This document shows positions 19,252-29,155 of a DNA stretch of 64,000 nucleotides, piece by piece. Within the stretch, counting starts at the first letter, position 1, and the number at the start of each line of letters is the position of its first letter. The position numbers were made by a program, and so were the translations under genes. The DNA is taken from positions 4,091 to 68,090 of the forward strand of contig JAULZW010000007.1 of NCBI GenBank assembly GCA_032117235.1, given 5' to 3'. The DNA is from Minisyncoccota bacterium (GTDB lineage Bacteria > Patescibacteriota > Minisyncoccia > SW-4-49-11). The notes beneath the pieces were generated by a model, which saw only the letters and a list, made by a program, of their open reading frames with translations, had not been told where the DNA came from and ran no database searches.

Positions 19252-19358
19252 GAGATATGGTTTTGAGGGCTAAAGGGACTCTTTAGCACCTTTTAATATA
19301 TATCTACACTGAATATACTAAAAGGTGCTAAAGAGTATTTTTATCAAAAACCTATCTC
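19252..19358 (-). promoter_or_regulatory. Long hairpin in the 5' leader of the 19237 gene
   Basis: Perfect 18-bp inverted repeat 19278-19295/19319-19336 plus imperfect outer arms 19252-19266/19344-19358. Confidence 0.7.
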
Positions 19359-19422
19359 TATAAAGATTTAATTATAAATGAGCATCAAATTGGTATAAAT
19401 TATGAATTAATACCATAGGCGG

Positions 19423-19451
19423 AATATAACACAAAATTTTAATTCTGTCAA
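19423..19451 (-). promoter_or_regulatory. Sigma70-type promoter
   Basis: TTGACA-17 nt-TATATT with TG extension. Confidence 0.7.
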
Positions 19452-19485
19452 ATCATAACAACATCATTGTTATATATTTATAAGT

Positions 19486-19519
19486 AAAAGAGCCCGCTCA
19501 TACATGGGTATGAACGGGC
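19486..19519 (-). terminator. Intrinsic terminator
   Basis: GCCCGTTCATAC..GTATGAGCGGGC stem then TCTTTT on the minus strand. Confidence 0.8.
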
Positions 19520-19544
19520 GGGTAAGGTGCTGAGCAACGAGGGC

Positions 19545-19970
19545 TCAGTGAAGAGAACCACAAGGAGCAGGTGCGTGGTGAACAGGCACGTTGCCCACCA
19601 GGGGTGGGCGTGACCGTTGACCCTGCTGGGAGCAGGTGGCGGGCTGAAGCCGAAGTTGCGTTCCAGCACCAACAAGCAAAACAGGATATCCGGTCTCCGG
19701 TTCAATGAACCGGGTGGCCCCAGGGAAGTTGATGTGGTTGTTGTTGGTCCACAGATCAGGACCGACCTCAACTCCTGCTGTCACCCGGCAACCGTTGTTG
19801 ACGCGGCAATAATGCTGCGCGGCGGATATCGATACGTAGGTTCTGGCCGTCGAGTTGAGAGGCCCCACAGCTACCCGGGGGTAGATTGCCTGAGCCCTGG
19901 CGGGGACGATGGTGGCGGAAGCCACCAGAACGCCGGTGATGATGGCATTGAACTTGGAACGTTTATTCAT
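19545..19970 (-). CDS. Secreted hypothetical protein, high GC
   Basis: Signal peptide MNKRSKFNAIITGVLVASATIVPARA; 39/60 GC in 19561-19620; four Cys. Confidence 0.7.
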   Translation of the reverse strand: MNKRSKFNAIITGVLVASATIVPARAQAIYPRVAVGPLNSTARTYVSISAAQHYCRVNNGCRVTAGVEVGPDLWTNNNHINFPGATRFIEPETGYPVLLVGAGTQLRLQPATCSQQGQRSRPPLVGNVPVHHAPAPCGSLH

Positions 19971-19996
19971 GGCATTGCCACGAGGTTTACGAAAAC

Positions 19997-20025
19997 ACTA
20001 TAGCATATTTTATACATTTTGTCAA
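19997..20025 (-). promoter_or_regulatory. Sigma70-type promoter
   Basis: TTGACA-AAATGTATAAAATATGC-TATAGT; nearly the same as the promoter at 18466-18494. Confidence 0.78.
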
Positions 20026-20036
20026 GAGTAAAGAGC

Positions 20037-20067
20037 AAAAAAAATACCGGCCCTCGAGAGAACCGGT
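20037..20067 (-). terminator. Intrinsic terminator
   Basis: ACCGGTTCTC..GAGGGCCGGT stem then A-T8 on the minus strand. Confidence 0.75.
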
Positions 20068-20086
20068 TTGAGAATATTGTTGACAC

Positions 20087-20557
20087 CTAGTTACACAGAA
20101 ACCTTACACGCCCATTGTCATATATACATCCACCTCTTCTATGCCAAGTTGGGGCGGGATGTCTCTCATAATTAGAAGGAGATCTGTTACCCCATGTATG
20201 ATTCGAGTAATTTATGAATATATGTGTTCTAGTACTTTCATTAAAGCCTCTATACCCATCACAGTGGCCTAAAATTTGTATAACTAAAGAACAAATATCA
20301 GAATATGGTCTAATTCCTGTTCTTATTATAATACCATTGTACTCAATCTTTTCTAGCCTGGGTTGATTATCATAGTAATTCTGATTATTCCCACTCCTAT
20401 AATGGTAATTTCTTCTATTTATTTCTCTACAATAGTTATTTTCTGGGCTACACCAATTTCCTTGTTGCCAATAACCATCGTTGGCAAGAACCGGAGCTGA
20501 TGGAATAATCCAAAATGACACTGCGAGACAAATGGATTTCAGAGAAGAAAGTTTCAT
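20087..20557 (-). CDS. Secreted Cys/Asn/Tyr/Arg-rich hypothetical protein
   Basis: Signal peptide MKLSSLKSICLAVSFWIIPSAPVLA from ATG 20557; six Cys in the mature part, in three close pairs. Confidence 0.7.
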   Translation of the reverse strand: MKLSSLKSICLAVSFWIIPSAPVLANDGYWQQGNWCSPENNYCREINRRNYHYRSGNNQNYYDNQPRLEKIEYNGIIIRTGIRPYSDICSLVIQILGHCDGYRGFNESTRTHIFINYSNHTWGNRSPSNYERHPAPTWHRRGGCIYDNGRVRFLCN

Positions 20558-20585
20558 TGGGGTTAATTCCCTAGAGAACAACTTC

Positions 20586-20614
20586 ACCATAGCATAAATA
20601 GCAATATTTAGCAA
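20586..20614 (-). promoter_or_regulatory. Sigma70-type promoter
   Basis: TTGCTA-17 nt-TATGGT with TG extension. Confidence 0.55.
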
Positions 20615-20625
20615 TAGCTGTATTA

Positions 20626-21696
20626 TTATATTGTATCTAAAGCTTTATCTAAGCTAATTTTATAGCTATGATTTTGTATGTAATTTTGTATATTAGATTT
20701 TATAAACTCAACATCCTGGCTATTTAAGTTTATTATCTGTTTATCTAATTCTGAATTGATATTTTCTAATATTATACCTAGATTATAATCTTGTATATCT
20801 CTGCTCATACTATGATTATCAGTGGTTATAACTGGTAAGTTTAAGCTTAAATAGTCTTTGATCTTCCCTGGATCAGCGCATAGTATTTCTGGAGTATTCT
20901 CATATAGGGCTAGCCCATAGCTTATTTGATTTTTACTAATTATATCTATTGTCTCTTGCTCGGTCTGGAACCCGTATAGAGTGATATTATTGACCTGTGA
21001 GTCTAGAATTAATTGTTGTATTTCAGCATACAAATTTCCCTGCCCTATCAAATGCAAATGATAATCGGCGGGTAATTTAGCAAAAGTTTTGACTAATAAT
21101 CTCAGATTATGTCCTTCTTTAAAATTACCCATAAATAGAAACTGCTTTGGATTCGGCTCATATTCTGGCAAATTTTTAGATTTTATACCTAAGGGAACTG
21201 TAAATACTTGTACTCTATTCAAGTTTTTGTTCTGATGCTCCTGTATAATCTGCTTATTGACTGCCCAGACTATATCTGCTCTTATATAAGCTAATTTTTC
21301 TATTCTGTTTATTAAATATCTTGAAGAGAATATATTATTATAAAAATAATAATCATAAGCATAATAAATAATTTTAGCCTTTGGATAATATCTCTTCAGC
21401 GAGAGAGCGATTGAAGCCTCTAGCCAATCTATGGCTAAAATATAATCATAATCTGTATCAAATTGCTTAGAATTTAATAAAATTTTCTTAACTTTATTAT
21501 AATGCCCCCAATAATAAGAAAGTTTAGACTTATATACAGAGATATCTATATTACCTGTATGAGTGGAATAATAGTTTTGGGGATATTGGAGAGAAGGAAA
21601 AAGGAGATAATGCACTGTATGTCCTAAATCCTGAAAACCTTTAATAATATCCTCTGATTTAGCTATATACTGGCGACCCAATACTAAAGTTTTCAT
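20626..21696 (-). CDS. Glycosyltransferase (GT-B fold, GT4-like)
   Basis: FLFMGN, ADPGKIKDYLSLNLPVITT; polysaccharide locus context. Confidence 0.8.
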   Translation of the reverse strand: MKTLVLGRQYIAKSEDIIKGFQDLGHTVHYLLFPSLQYPQNYYSTHTGNIDISVYKSKLSYYWGHYNKVKKILLNSKQFDTDYDYILAIDWLEASIALSLKRYYPKAKIIYYAYDYYFYNNIFSSRYLINRIEKLAYIRADIVWAVNKQIIQEHQNKNLNRVQVFTVPLGIKSKNLPEYEPNPKQFLFMGNFKEGHNLRLLVKTFAKLPADYHLHLIGQGNLYAEIQQLILDSQVNNITLYGFQTEQETIDIISKNQISYGLALYENTPEILCADPGKIKDYLSLNLPVITTDNHSMSRDIQDYNLGIILENINSELDKQIINLNSQDVEFIKSNIQNYIQNHSYKISLDKALDTI

Positions 21697-21700
21697 ATTT

Positions 21701-23095
21701 TCAATTCTGCTGATTAAACTTATTTTGGAGCTGATTATAATGCAATACCCCTCCTAATAATAGGAATAATAACCACATCAAAACTGTGCCTCGGAGTAAA
21801 TTATCCCAAAAGCTCACAACATATATAATGGTCATCAAAACTGCTATTGTTAAAATATAGATATTTTTACCTTTTATATATCTATAGTACAATGTAAAAA
21901 GTATATTAATGATTATAGCTAAATATATTATCAAACCTATAATTCCTTGTTCTAAAAAGATTTTAATATAGTCATTATGTACTTCTACTGAGCCTCTATA
22001 AGTACCTCTAGTCTGCTCAATAATAGTCTCAGAGCTACCTGTCCCAAAACCTATAATTGGAGACTCTAAAGCTTTATTATAAGCATCCCGCCACATATTC
22101 AATCGCCATATAACTGAATCACTTGGATCAGAGTTAAACAAACCTGTTACTCTATTAATTACAGGTATTTTGCTTAATGAAGGCAAGTCTAGAATATTGG
22201 TTGAGGCCAAAAAATTATAAGTGAAAATTAAAACTATACTTAAAACAATTAATACTGAACTAATTTTAAGGGTTTTCAATGGATATTGAAACGAACTCAT
22301 TAAAAATACAAATAAAATAAGGCCGAACCAAGCACCTCTTGTGAAAGTTATCAATAAGACAATTACATATAAACATCCAATAATACCAAATATTTCTCTT
22401 TCTAATTTCAATATTTGATTATTTTTATAAAACCATATTACACTAATCAAGGCCAGTATAATTACCGAATAATAAGCTAATACATTAGGATGCCCAAAAG
22501 TAGCTGATATACGATTTTCAAAACCTGGATTAGTATACAGTCCACTGCCAGAAAAATATTCAATATAAGCAACAATTAATGGGATAATACTCCCATAGAT
22601 AATTACTCTAATGATATTAAAAAATTTATTTTGTTTATTCACATATATCCAACCCACAAAATACAATACTATAAAACTCAGAAGTCGAATTGTCTCTTGA
22701 AAACCAGCTAATTTAGAAATACCAGTTAAAGTTAGTCCTATATAAATAAATAATACTATTATTAAGCTTTTTATAAGTGGTATATTAGTATTATTAAATA
22801 TTGTCCTGTTTTTATAAATATATATAAAAGATATTATTATTGTAAAGATAGCAATACTAGGACTTAAAGTAATCATAGGCCAGTCTGGCAAACTCAAATA
22901 TCCAATAATATCTATAGATGGTCTTATAAAAATAAGTGTTAATAAAGCTGATTCCAATGAAACTAATATTAGTAATAACAATAGCCACATTATAATACTA
23001 AATAAAAATATAACTGGCGATATATCTAATACAATACAAAGCAGTAAATTGATACCTCCAAGTACCAATATAATTTTAGAATTTATTTGAGTCAT
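21701..23095 (-). CDS. O-antigen ligase/polymerase (Wzy_C) family membrane protein
   Basis: Many TMs; RISATFGHPN, TFTRGAW, PIIGFGTG, HNDY. Confidence 0.9.
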   Translation of the reverse strand: MTQINSKIILVLGGINLLLCIVLDISPVIFLFSIIMWLLLLLILVSLESALLTLIFIRPSIDIIGYLSLPDWPMITLSPSIAIFTIIISFIYIYKNRTIFNNTNIPLIKSLIIVLFIYIGLTLTGISKLAGFQETIRLLSFIVLYFVGWIYVNKQNKFFNIIRVIIYGSIIPLIVAYIEYFSGSGLYTNPGFENRISATFGHPNVLAYYSVIILALISVIWFYKNNQILKLEREIFGIIGCLYVIVLLITFTRGAWFGLILFVFLMSSFQYPLKTLKISSVLIVLSIVLIFTYNFLASTNILDLPSLSKIPVINRVTGLFNSDPSDSVIWRLNMWRDAYNKALESPIIGFGTGSSETIIEQTRGTYRGSVEVHNDYIKIFLEQGIIGLIIYLAIIINILFTLYYRYIKGKNIYILTIAVLMTIIYVVSFWDNLLRGTVLMWLLFLLLGGVLHYNQLQNKFNQQN

Positions 23096-23828
23096 ATTCA
23101 GTATCTGGAGTAATGTTTGGGGTGTTTTCTGAGTCTAGAATTGGGTTATGCCCCATTGTTACATCATCTGGTATAGGCGGAGATACTATATCTTCAATTC
23201 CAAAATCATAAATAATAGTATTATCCTTCCGTGTTATAACATACCCTATCCCTACCATAAATCCTAGTATAGCTGAGCCGAATAAATTTACCAGAATATT
23301 GGGTCTTCCCACTCCTTCATATAAAGCTGGCTGATTAACTATTTGTACATTAGCTGTTTCACCAAGTAGTGATTTGGCCTGGTCTGTTAATTTGTTAACC
23401 ACAGTTTTGTTCATATTCAAAGCTAATTCAGAGGATTTGTCATAAGTATCTACTGAGATAAATCCTGAACCTAAAGCTCTTGTGACAATGTTTCTAGCAA
23501 ACAATGTTCTTCTGTCTTTTAAATTTTCTGGAAATAGATTCTTTATATTTGTATTTTCTGCAATAACATTAGTGAAAAACACATCCGTATAAACTAAATC
23601 TATTAACAAATTGACATTCGAGTCAATAGATCTCTGAGCGGTATAAGAGTCAATATTAGGATTGGCTTTTTGCAATAAAACTAATTTAGATTCAGCCTTA
23701 TACTGTTTTGGTAAAAGCAAAGTTATTATCAGACCAACTAGTATAAATAATAATGTTATAATTACAATTGTATTAAATTTTTTTGTAGTCTTGGCTGCTA
23801 TTTCATTTAAATTCATACCTGAATTCAT
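23076..23828 (-). CDS. Wzz/CapA-like polysaccharide chain-length determinant
   Basis: Two terminal TMs, PKQYKAES, PNILVNLFGSAILG. Confidence 0.8.
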   Translation of the reverse strand: MNSGMNLNEIAAKTTKKFNTIVIITLLFILVGLIITLLLPKQYKAESKLVLLQKANPNIDSYTAQRSIDSNVNLLIDLVYTDVFFTNVIAENTNIKNLFPENLKDRRTLFARNIVTRALGSGFISVDTYDKSSELALNMNKTVVNKLTDQAKSLLGETANVQIVNQPALYEGVGRPNILVNLFGSAILGFMVGIGYVITRKDNTIIYDFGIEDIVSPPIPDDVTMGHNPILDSENTPNITPDTEYDSNKF

Positions 23829-23898
23829 TATTATAATTTTATATTATATTATGAAATTATAATAACATAAAAACAGAATATAGCAAAATATATAAAAA

Positions 23899-23927
23899 TT
23901 GACTTTATCTTAAATTTATGATATTAT
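23899..23927 (+). promoter_or_regulatory. rpmE promoter
   Basis: TTGACT-17 nt-TATTAT. Confidence 0.65.
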
Positions 23928-23960
23928 TTTAGACAATTACATATATTTAATGCAACTATT

Positions 23961-24182
23961 ATGAAATCTGGAATTCACCCTCAATACTCACATACAACTG
24001 TTAAATGTATTTCTTGTTCCACTGAGTTTAATATTGGAGCTGTAAGAGAAATAGGGTCAGTTGAAGTTTGTTCTAAATGTCATCCGTTTTATACTGGAAA
24101 AAGGACTCTTGTAGATACCGCTGGAAGAGTAGAAAAGTTCAGATCTAAGTTAGAGAAAAAGGAACAATTAGCTAATAAATAA
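23961..24182 (+). CDS. rpmE: 50S ribosomal protein L31 (Zn-binding type)
   Basis: [29 protein letters not shown]. Confidence 0.97.
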   Translation: MKSGIHPQYSHTTVKCISCSTEFNIGAVREIGSVEVCSKCHPFYTGKRTLVDTAGRVEKFRSKLEKKEQLANK

Positions 24183-24206
24183 TCTTTTCATTACTAAAGA
24201 CAATAT

Positions 24207-25250
24207 ATGAGTAATTCTTTAGTAGAACTCCAAAAAGAGTATTCTGACTTGTCTTTACAAATATCTGATCCCAAGATATTTGCTAGCCCAGATTTTGGTA
24301 ATATTTCAAAAAAACACACTGAAATTGGGCATAAAATTGAATTGTTAAAATCAATTGAAATACTAAAGTCAAAAATTCTAGAGTCTGAAAGTTTATTGCA
24401 AGATCCTGAATTAAAAGAAATGGCTGAGGAAGAGTTGATTCAACTCAAGCTTAAATTAGAGCAAAAAGAAGTAATATGGACTGAACTTATATCTCCTAAA
24501 GAGACTTTTGCTGATGAAATTATTATTGAATTAAGAGCAGGAGCTGGTGGTGATGAGGCTGGATTATTTGCTTTAGAATTATTCAAAGCCTATATTACAT
24601 TTTTACAGAAAAACGGAGCCAAAACTGAAATTTTGTCTATATCTGAGAATTCCGTAGGAGGACTAAAAGAAGTCATTGTAGAAGCCAGAGGGCCTGAAGT
24701 TTATAAATATCTGCAATATGAAAGTGGAGTTCATAGAGTGCAACGAGTTCCCAAAACTGAAAAAGCTGGGCGAGTACATACTTCTACTATCACTATGGCT
24801 GTATTACCAATAGCCAAGGAAGTTGACTTAGAAATAAATACCAATGATTTGAAAATTGATGTTTTCAGATCAAGTGGACCAGGAGGACAAAGTGTTAATA
24901 CCACTGACTCAGCTGTCAGAATAACTCATATTCCAACTAATATTGTAGTATCTTGTCAAGATGAAAAATCTCAACTAAAAAATAAAGACAAGGCAATGAA
25001 AATTTTACGAACTAGAATTTTAGCCCAAATGAAACAAGAGCAATTTGAAAAAGAAGCCGCTTTTCGTAAAAACCAAATTGGAACTGGAGATAGATCAGAG
25101 AAAATTAGAACTTATAATTTTCCGCAGGATAGAATTACTGATCACAGAATTAAACAGAATTTTTCTAATATTGAAGCTGTTTTATTAGGAGATTTTAGTG
25201 GTATTCTAGAAGCCTTAGATGAATATAAAAGAAATCAACCTACAGATTAA
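24207..25250 (+). CDS. prfA: Peptide chain release factor 1
   Basis: VPKTE (PxT), [17 protein letters not shown]. Confidence 0.97.
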   Translation: MSNSLVELQKEYSDLSLQISDPKIFASPDFGNISKKHTEIGHKIELLKSIEILKSKILESESLLQDPELKEMAEEELIQLKLKLEQKEVIWTELISPKETFADEIIIELRAGAGGDEAGLFALELFKAYITFLQKNGAKTEILSISENSVGGLKEVIVEARGPEVYKYLQYESGVHRVQRVPKTEKAGRVHTSTITMAVLPIAKEVDLEINTNDLKIDVFRSSGPGGQSVNTTDSAVRITHIPTNIVVSCQDEKSQLKNKDKAMKILRTRILAQMKQEQFEKEAAFRKNQIGTGDRSEKIRTYNFPQDRITDHRIKQNFSNIEAVLLGDFSGILEALDEYKRNQPTD

Positions 25251-26061
25251 ACAAGCTCTAAAAACTAAATCTCCAACTCCAGATTTGGATGCTAACTTAA
25301 TTTTGGAATATGTTTTGGGACTTAGTAAATTAGATATGATAATGCAAGAAAATCATATCTTGACAGATTTTGAATTAAAAGCTGTTAATCACTGTTTAAA
25401 ACTTAGATTAAATAAAATTCCTATAGCTTATATTTTAGGATATAAAGAATTTTATAGTAGAAAATTTATAGTAAATAACAATGTACTCATACCACGACCA
25501 GAAACTGAAGCAATTATAGATATAAGTAAACAGAATTTATCTGAAATAAAGAAACCAGTTATCTGGGAAATCGGTACTGGTAGTGGATGTATATCAATTA
25601 CTCTAAATCTAGAAATACCCAATTCCAAAATTATTGCTAGCGATATTTCTAAAAAAGCCTTACAGATTGCTAAAAATAATGATATAATATTAACAGGTAA
25701 GCAAAGTACTATAGTTTGGCTAGAAGGAGACTTATTATCCCCATTTAGACAACAAAAAACTGAACCTAATATAATTATTGCGAACTTACCTTATCTTGAC
25801 CAAAACCAATATACAGACGACTCTATTCTAGACGAACCTAATATAGCTCTCTACTCCGAACAACAAGGACTGGCTCATTATCTAAGGTTATTAGAAGAAA
25901 TAAAGAGTCGTTTTATAATAGTTCCTAAAATATTATTAGAAATTAACCCAGAACAAGTAAATACTTTAGAATCCCATATAAAGTCTTTAAGTAAAAGTTT
26001 AAAAATAAGCATTTATAAAGACTTGCAGGGATTAGACCGTCATCTTTTAATTGAGACCTAA
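25219..26061 (+). CDS. prmC: Release factor glutamine methyltransferase
   Basis: [21 protein letters not shown]. Confidence 0.95.
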   Translation: MNIKEINLQIKQALKTKSPTPDLDANLILEYVLGLSKLDMIMQENHILTDFELKAVNHCLKLRLNKIPIAYILGYKEFYSRKFIVNNNVLIPRPETEAIIDISKQNLSEIKKPVIWEIGTGSGCISITLNLEIPNSKIIASDISKKALQIAKNNDIILTGKQSTIVWLEGDLLSPFRQQKTEPNIIIANLPYLDQNQYTDDSILDEPNIALYSEQQGLAHYLRLLEEIKSRFIIVPKILLEINPEQVNTLESHIKSLSKSLKISIYKDLQGLDRHLLIET

Positions 26062-26077
26062 ATCAAATAATTAAGCG

Positions 26078-26090
26078 AAGAAAGGAGGTG
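26078..26090 (+). promoter_or_regulatory. Full-length Shine-Dalgarno AAGAAAGGAGGTG
   Basis: 7 nt upstream of GTG 26098. Confidence 0.85.
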
Positions 26091-26097
26091 AATAGAA

Positions 26098-26679
26098 GTG
26101 AGTGAAGAAAAGAAAATAACAGAAGATCAGAACACAGAAGAAGAAGGATTTTGGACTAAAAATATTATTTCAATATTGTTAATAGTATTTTTAATAGTAA
26201 GTGGAGTATATGCCTTTAATCAAGATACCGAGAAAAAAGATAAGACAGTAGAAGAAAAGGTAGAAGAGATTAAGAAAGAAGATAAGAAGGAACCCGAACA
26301 AGTAGGAGAAGAGATTAAAGACCAAGAAATTGCTGAAGACGATAAGGATGATGCCAAAAAAGAAGAGATGAGTACTGATATTCAGAAATCAGAGACAAAA
26401 ATTACTATCAAATCCAATACTGGAGATGGAGTAACTCATTTAGCTCGTAAAGCTATAGCTGAATATATCAAAGACAAAGATATAACTATATCAAAAGAGC
26501 AAAAGCTATATGTTGAAACAGTATTAAAGAATAAGTATTATCAACACCATCTTACTTTATCTCAAGAAGTAGAGTTTGAAGTAAGTGATTTAGAAGATAC
26601 AATACAAAAAGCTCAGAACTTATCAGAAAAAGAAATAAAAGCTTGGGGTAAATATAGTAATTTAGTAACATCACTATAA
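26098..26679 (+). CDS. Hypothetical single-pass membrane protein with Glu/Lys-rich linker
   Basis: TM 23-41, charged linker, C-terminal GDGVTHLARKAI domain. Confidence 0.75.
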   Translation: MSEEKKITEDQNTEEEGFWTKNIISILLIVFLIVSGVYAFNQDTEKKDKTVEEKVEEIKKEDKKEPEQVGEEIKDQEIAEDDKDDAKKEEMSTDIQKSETKITIKSNTGDGVTHLARKAIAEYIKDKDITISKEQKLYVETVLKNKYYQHHLTLSQEVEFEVSDLEDTIQKAQNLSEKEIKAWGKYSNLVTSL

Positions 26680-26703
26680 TAAATATAATATAACAAAAAA
26701 ATT

Positions 26704-26745
26704 AAAAAATTCCCCTTAATTCTGTTTAGAGTAAGGGGAATTATT
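26704..26745. terminator. Bidirectional terminator
   Basis: AATTCCCCTTA..TAAGGGGAATT between convergent genes. Confidence 0.8.
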
Positions 26746-28104
26746 TTATTTACCTAATAATTCTTTAGTGCGTGATGCTTCTCTTAATACAGACTCAGCA
26801 TACCACATATTTTTGACATTACATCCACCAAGATAACATAAGGCAGCTTTTCGCTCTAATTCGTCATTCCCAGCAATAGACTGATCTCCAACTTTACCCA
26901 ATAAAACCATACCCATAGCCAGCATAGCATCCTCCATACTCCAAGGATTTACCGCCGTACCCTTCAATGATTTCAATTTAGCTTCATAACCAAGCCAAGT
27001 AGCTGGCATAATTTGAGCTGGTCCCATAGCTCCTCCAGTACCAATATATTTAGGGTAAGGACATCCAGATACAGGTTGAGTCAGCGGCACTCCAAGATCA
27101 GAAGTAATTTTTTCAAAAGATTGTTCTTCCCTTGCAAAGTTAAGTTTAGTTGTATTACCATCACGAGCAGCACAACCGCTCAAAGAATCTTTATAAAAAG
27201 ATCTCCCAACATTACCACCAAGACCTGATTCAATTTTCATTACTCCAACTAAATACTCTGGTCTAATTTTGTTACCAAGTCTAGCTGAATTAGCTGTGGC
27301 TAAAGAATACGCTTCTTCTAATGAAATAGCTCCCGGCCTTCCATCTGAACCTCCTAATACCTTAATACTATTCAATAAGTTTTGTTTGGTTGTAAATGAT
27401 TGTTTTAGTAAAGCTTCATATTCAGATTGTTGTCCTTTGGTTTGGGTTAATAAAGTTTCCTTATCTTCCTGAGTTTGTTGTAAGAGGCTTTTTTGTTTTT
27501 CTTGAGACTGTTTCAAATTCATCAACTCTTCTTCTTTGTCAAAGAGATGCTTTTTTTCGGACACAATTTCTTTTTCTTTAGCAGAAATTAGAGTGATAGA
27601 CTCAGTAATTGAATCTTGCATAACACCAGTTTTTTGAACAGACCCTAATAGATCAGATAATTGATCTTGGGACAAAACAACCTCAAATAAAGAAACATCT
27701 TTCTGTACATATAAGCTACTCACATATTCTCTAATCAAAGTCTTTTGAGCTCTAATTGTTTGCTCTAAAGTAGATATATACTTTCTAGTTTCACCTAATT
27801 CATCTTGAATCAACTCAATGTCTTTGTTAGTATTCTCTAAACTTTTTTGAGCAGAATCCATTTCTTTATCCAAAGAATCTATTTCTTTGGATAAGGTTCT
27901 AACCTGAACATCAGTTTCTTTTTTAGATTTATTTAAATCATTAATTTTAGTTAACTCCTGATCTAAATTTTTTCTAGTTTCTTCTAGTTTAGAGTTAGCC
28001 AATAAAGTAGATGCTGGATAAAATAAAAGTGAATAACCTAATATAGTAATAGTAGCTAAAGTCTGAACTTTATTGATTAGTTTTTTTTGATTTTTTTTAT
28101 TCAT
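26746..28104 (-). CDS. Coiled-coil protein with C-terminal lytic murein transglycosylase domain
   Basis: Long coiled coil; IESGLGGNVG (catalytic Glu), GGAMGPAQIMPATW, NPW. Confidence 0.85.
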   Translation of the reverse strand: MNKKNQKKLINKVQTLATITILGYSLLFYPASTLLANSKLEETRKNLDQELTKINDLNKSKKETDVQVRTLSKEIDSLDKEMDSAQKSLENTNKDIELIQDELGETRKYISTLEQTIRAQKTLIREYVSSLYVQKDVSLFEVVLSQDQLSDLLGSVQKTGVMQDSITESITLISAKEKEIVSEKKHLFDKEEELMNLKQSQEKQKSLLQQTQEDKETLLTQTKGQQSEYEALLKQSFTTKQNLLNSIKVLGGSDGRPGAISLEEAYSLATANSARLGNKIRPEYLVGVMKIESGLGGNVGRSFYKDSLSGCAARDGNTTKLNFAREEQSFEKITSDLGVPLTQPVSGCPYPKYIGTGGAMGPAQIMPATWLGYEAKLKSLKGTAVNPWSMEDAMLAMGMVLLGKVGDQSIAGNDELERKAALCYLGGCNVKNMWYAESVLREASRTKELLGK

Positions 28105-28121
28105 ATTGTGATATTGAGGGT

Positions 28122-28781
28122 TTATTCTGCCTTAGTGTCTTTAGAATTCTTATCGGCTTGAGATTTTTCAAGAGCATCTAATTCTTCTTTAGTCATTTCT
28201 GGTTCTTCTTCCAGCTGAGGAGCTTCAGTCATTGCAATCAATTCATCTCCATCCAACAAAGCCTCAACACCATTTGGTAAATCTAAATCACTAACTCGAA
28301 TTACATCTTCTATATTAGCTAATTTAGATAAATCAACAATAATATGCTCGGGTAAATCTTGAGGGAAAGCCTTTACTTCAATTTCTTGATGTATTTTTAG
28401 TAAAGTGTTTCCAGCTTTCTCAGACTGAGAAACACCTTCAAATTCAAGAGCAACAGGAGTTTCAACTTCTTCATTTAAGTCAGGTGCAAAAAAGTCAACA
28501 GATAGGATTTCAGCTTTTAGAGGGTTTTTCTGAATATCTTTTAACAAAGTAGGATAAGTTTTCTTACCCAAAACTACATTCACTAGACTAGATTCTTCAA
28601 TACCAGATAATAGTTTATCTAAATCTAAGGCATTAACTTGAATTAATTCTGGCTTAGACTGTCCCAAACCACTACCGTACAAAACACCAGGCACCATACC
28701 TTGTGATCTTAAAATAGATGTTTTTTTACTACCTACTTGTTCTCTTTTTTCTACAACGATTGAAAATACTTCTTTTTTCAT
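28122..28781 (-). CDS. rplY: 50S ribosomal protein L25/Ctc
   Basis: VPGVLYG, DIQKNP, VDF, LPEHIIVDLSKL. Confidence 0.93.
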   Translation of the reverse strand: MKKEVFSIVVEKREQVGSKKTSILRSQGMVPGVLYGSGLGQSKPELIQVNALDLDKLLSGIEESSLVNVVLGKKTYPTLLKDIQKNPLKAEILSVDFFAPDLNEEVETPVALEFEGVSQSEKAGNTLLKIHQEIEVKAFPQDLPEHIIVDLSKLANIEDVIRVSDLDLPNGVEALLDGDELIAMTEAPQLEEEPEMTKEELDALEKSQADKNSKDTKAE

Positions 28782-28855
28782 ACAAATCTAACTTGACATA
28801 CTTATAACTGTAATTATATTATATAGTATATTTAGAAAAATTTCAAATGAATTAT

Positions 28856-28978
28856 ATGAATAATGTAAAGAAAAAGCTAAACCTTAAGAAAATAATCAAA
28901 AAAGTAAGCTTTATGATTGGTTTTATAGTAATATTATTAGGGTTATTATCCTATATTATAGCACCTTTCTTTATATAA
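28856..28978 (+). CDS. Putative 40-aa membrane microprotein
   Basis: Hand translation MNNVKKKLNLKKIIKKVSFMIGFIVILLGLLSYIIAPFFI; TTGACA upstream at about 28793. Confidence 0.5.
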   Translation: MNNVKKKLNLKKIIKKVSFMIGFIVILLGLLSYIIAPFFI

Positions 28979-29116
28979 ATTTTTGTAAACTCTAAGACCC
29001 ACGGATATAAAATTATTAACACATAAATTCTCACCATCTCCCGAAAAAGGAACAACGAAGTTTAAAGACAAATAAGCTCATCTATAAAATAAAAGTTTAT
29101 AACTTATACTAAAAGT

Positions 29117-29145
29117 TTGATTTATTCAAAATATTCTGTTATAAT
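29117..29145 (+). promoter_or_regulatory. tRNA promoter
   Basis: TTGATT-17 nt-TATAAT, ending 10 nt before the tRNA. Confidence 0.75.
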
Positions 29146-29155
29146 ATTTTTCAGA

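Noticed and set aside
19617-20003. Plus-strand 128-aa ORF and the alternative frame 19478-19771
   Set aside because: These are expected by chance in GC-rich DNA. The promoter, signal peptide and terminator all support 19545-19970 on the minus strand.
17700-20620. Integron cassette array or prophage
   Set aside because: I saw no integrase, attC-like sites or phage genes, and the genes have their own promoters. An IntegronFinder run would be the formal test.
28980-29100. Possible ncRNA upstream of tRNA-Gln
   Set aside because: Slightly GC-richer patch, but I could not find a convincing stem or a known motif.
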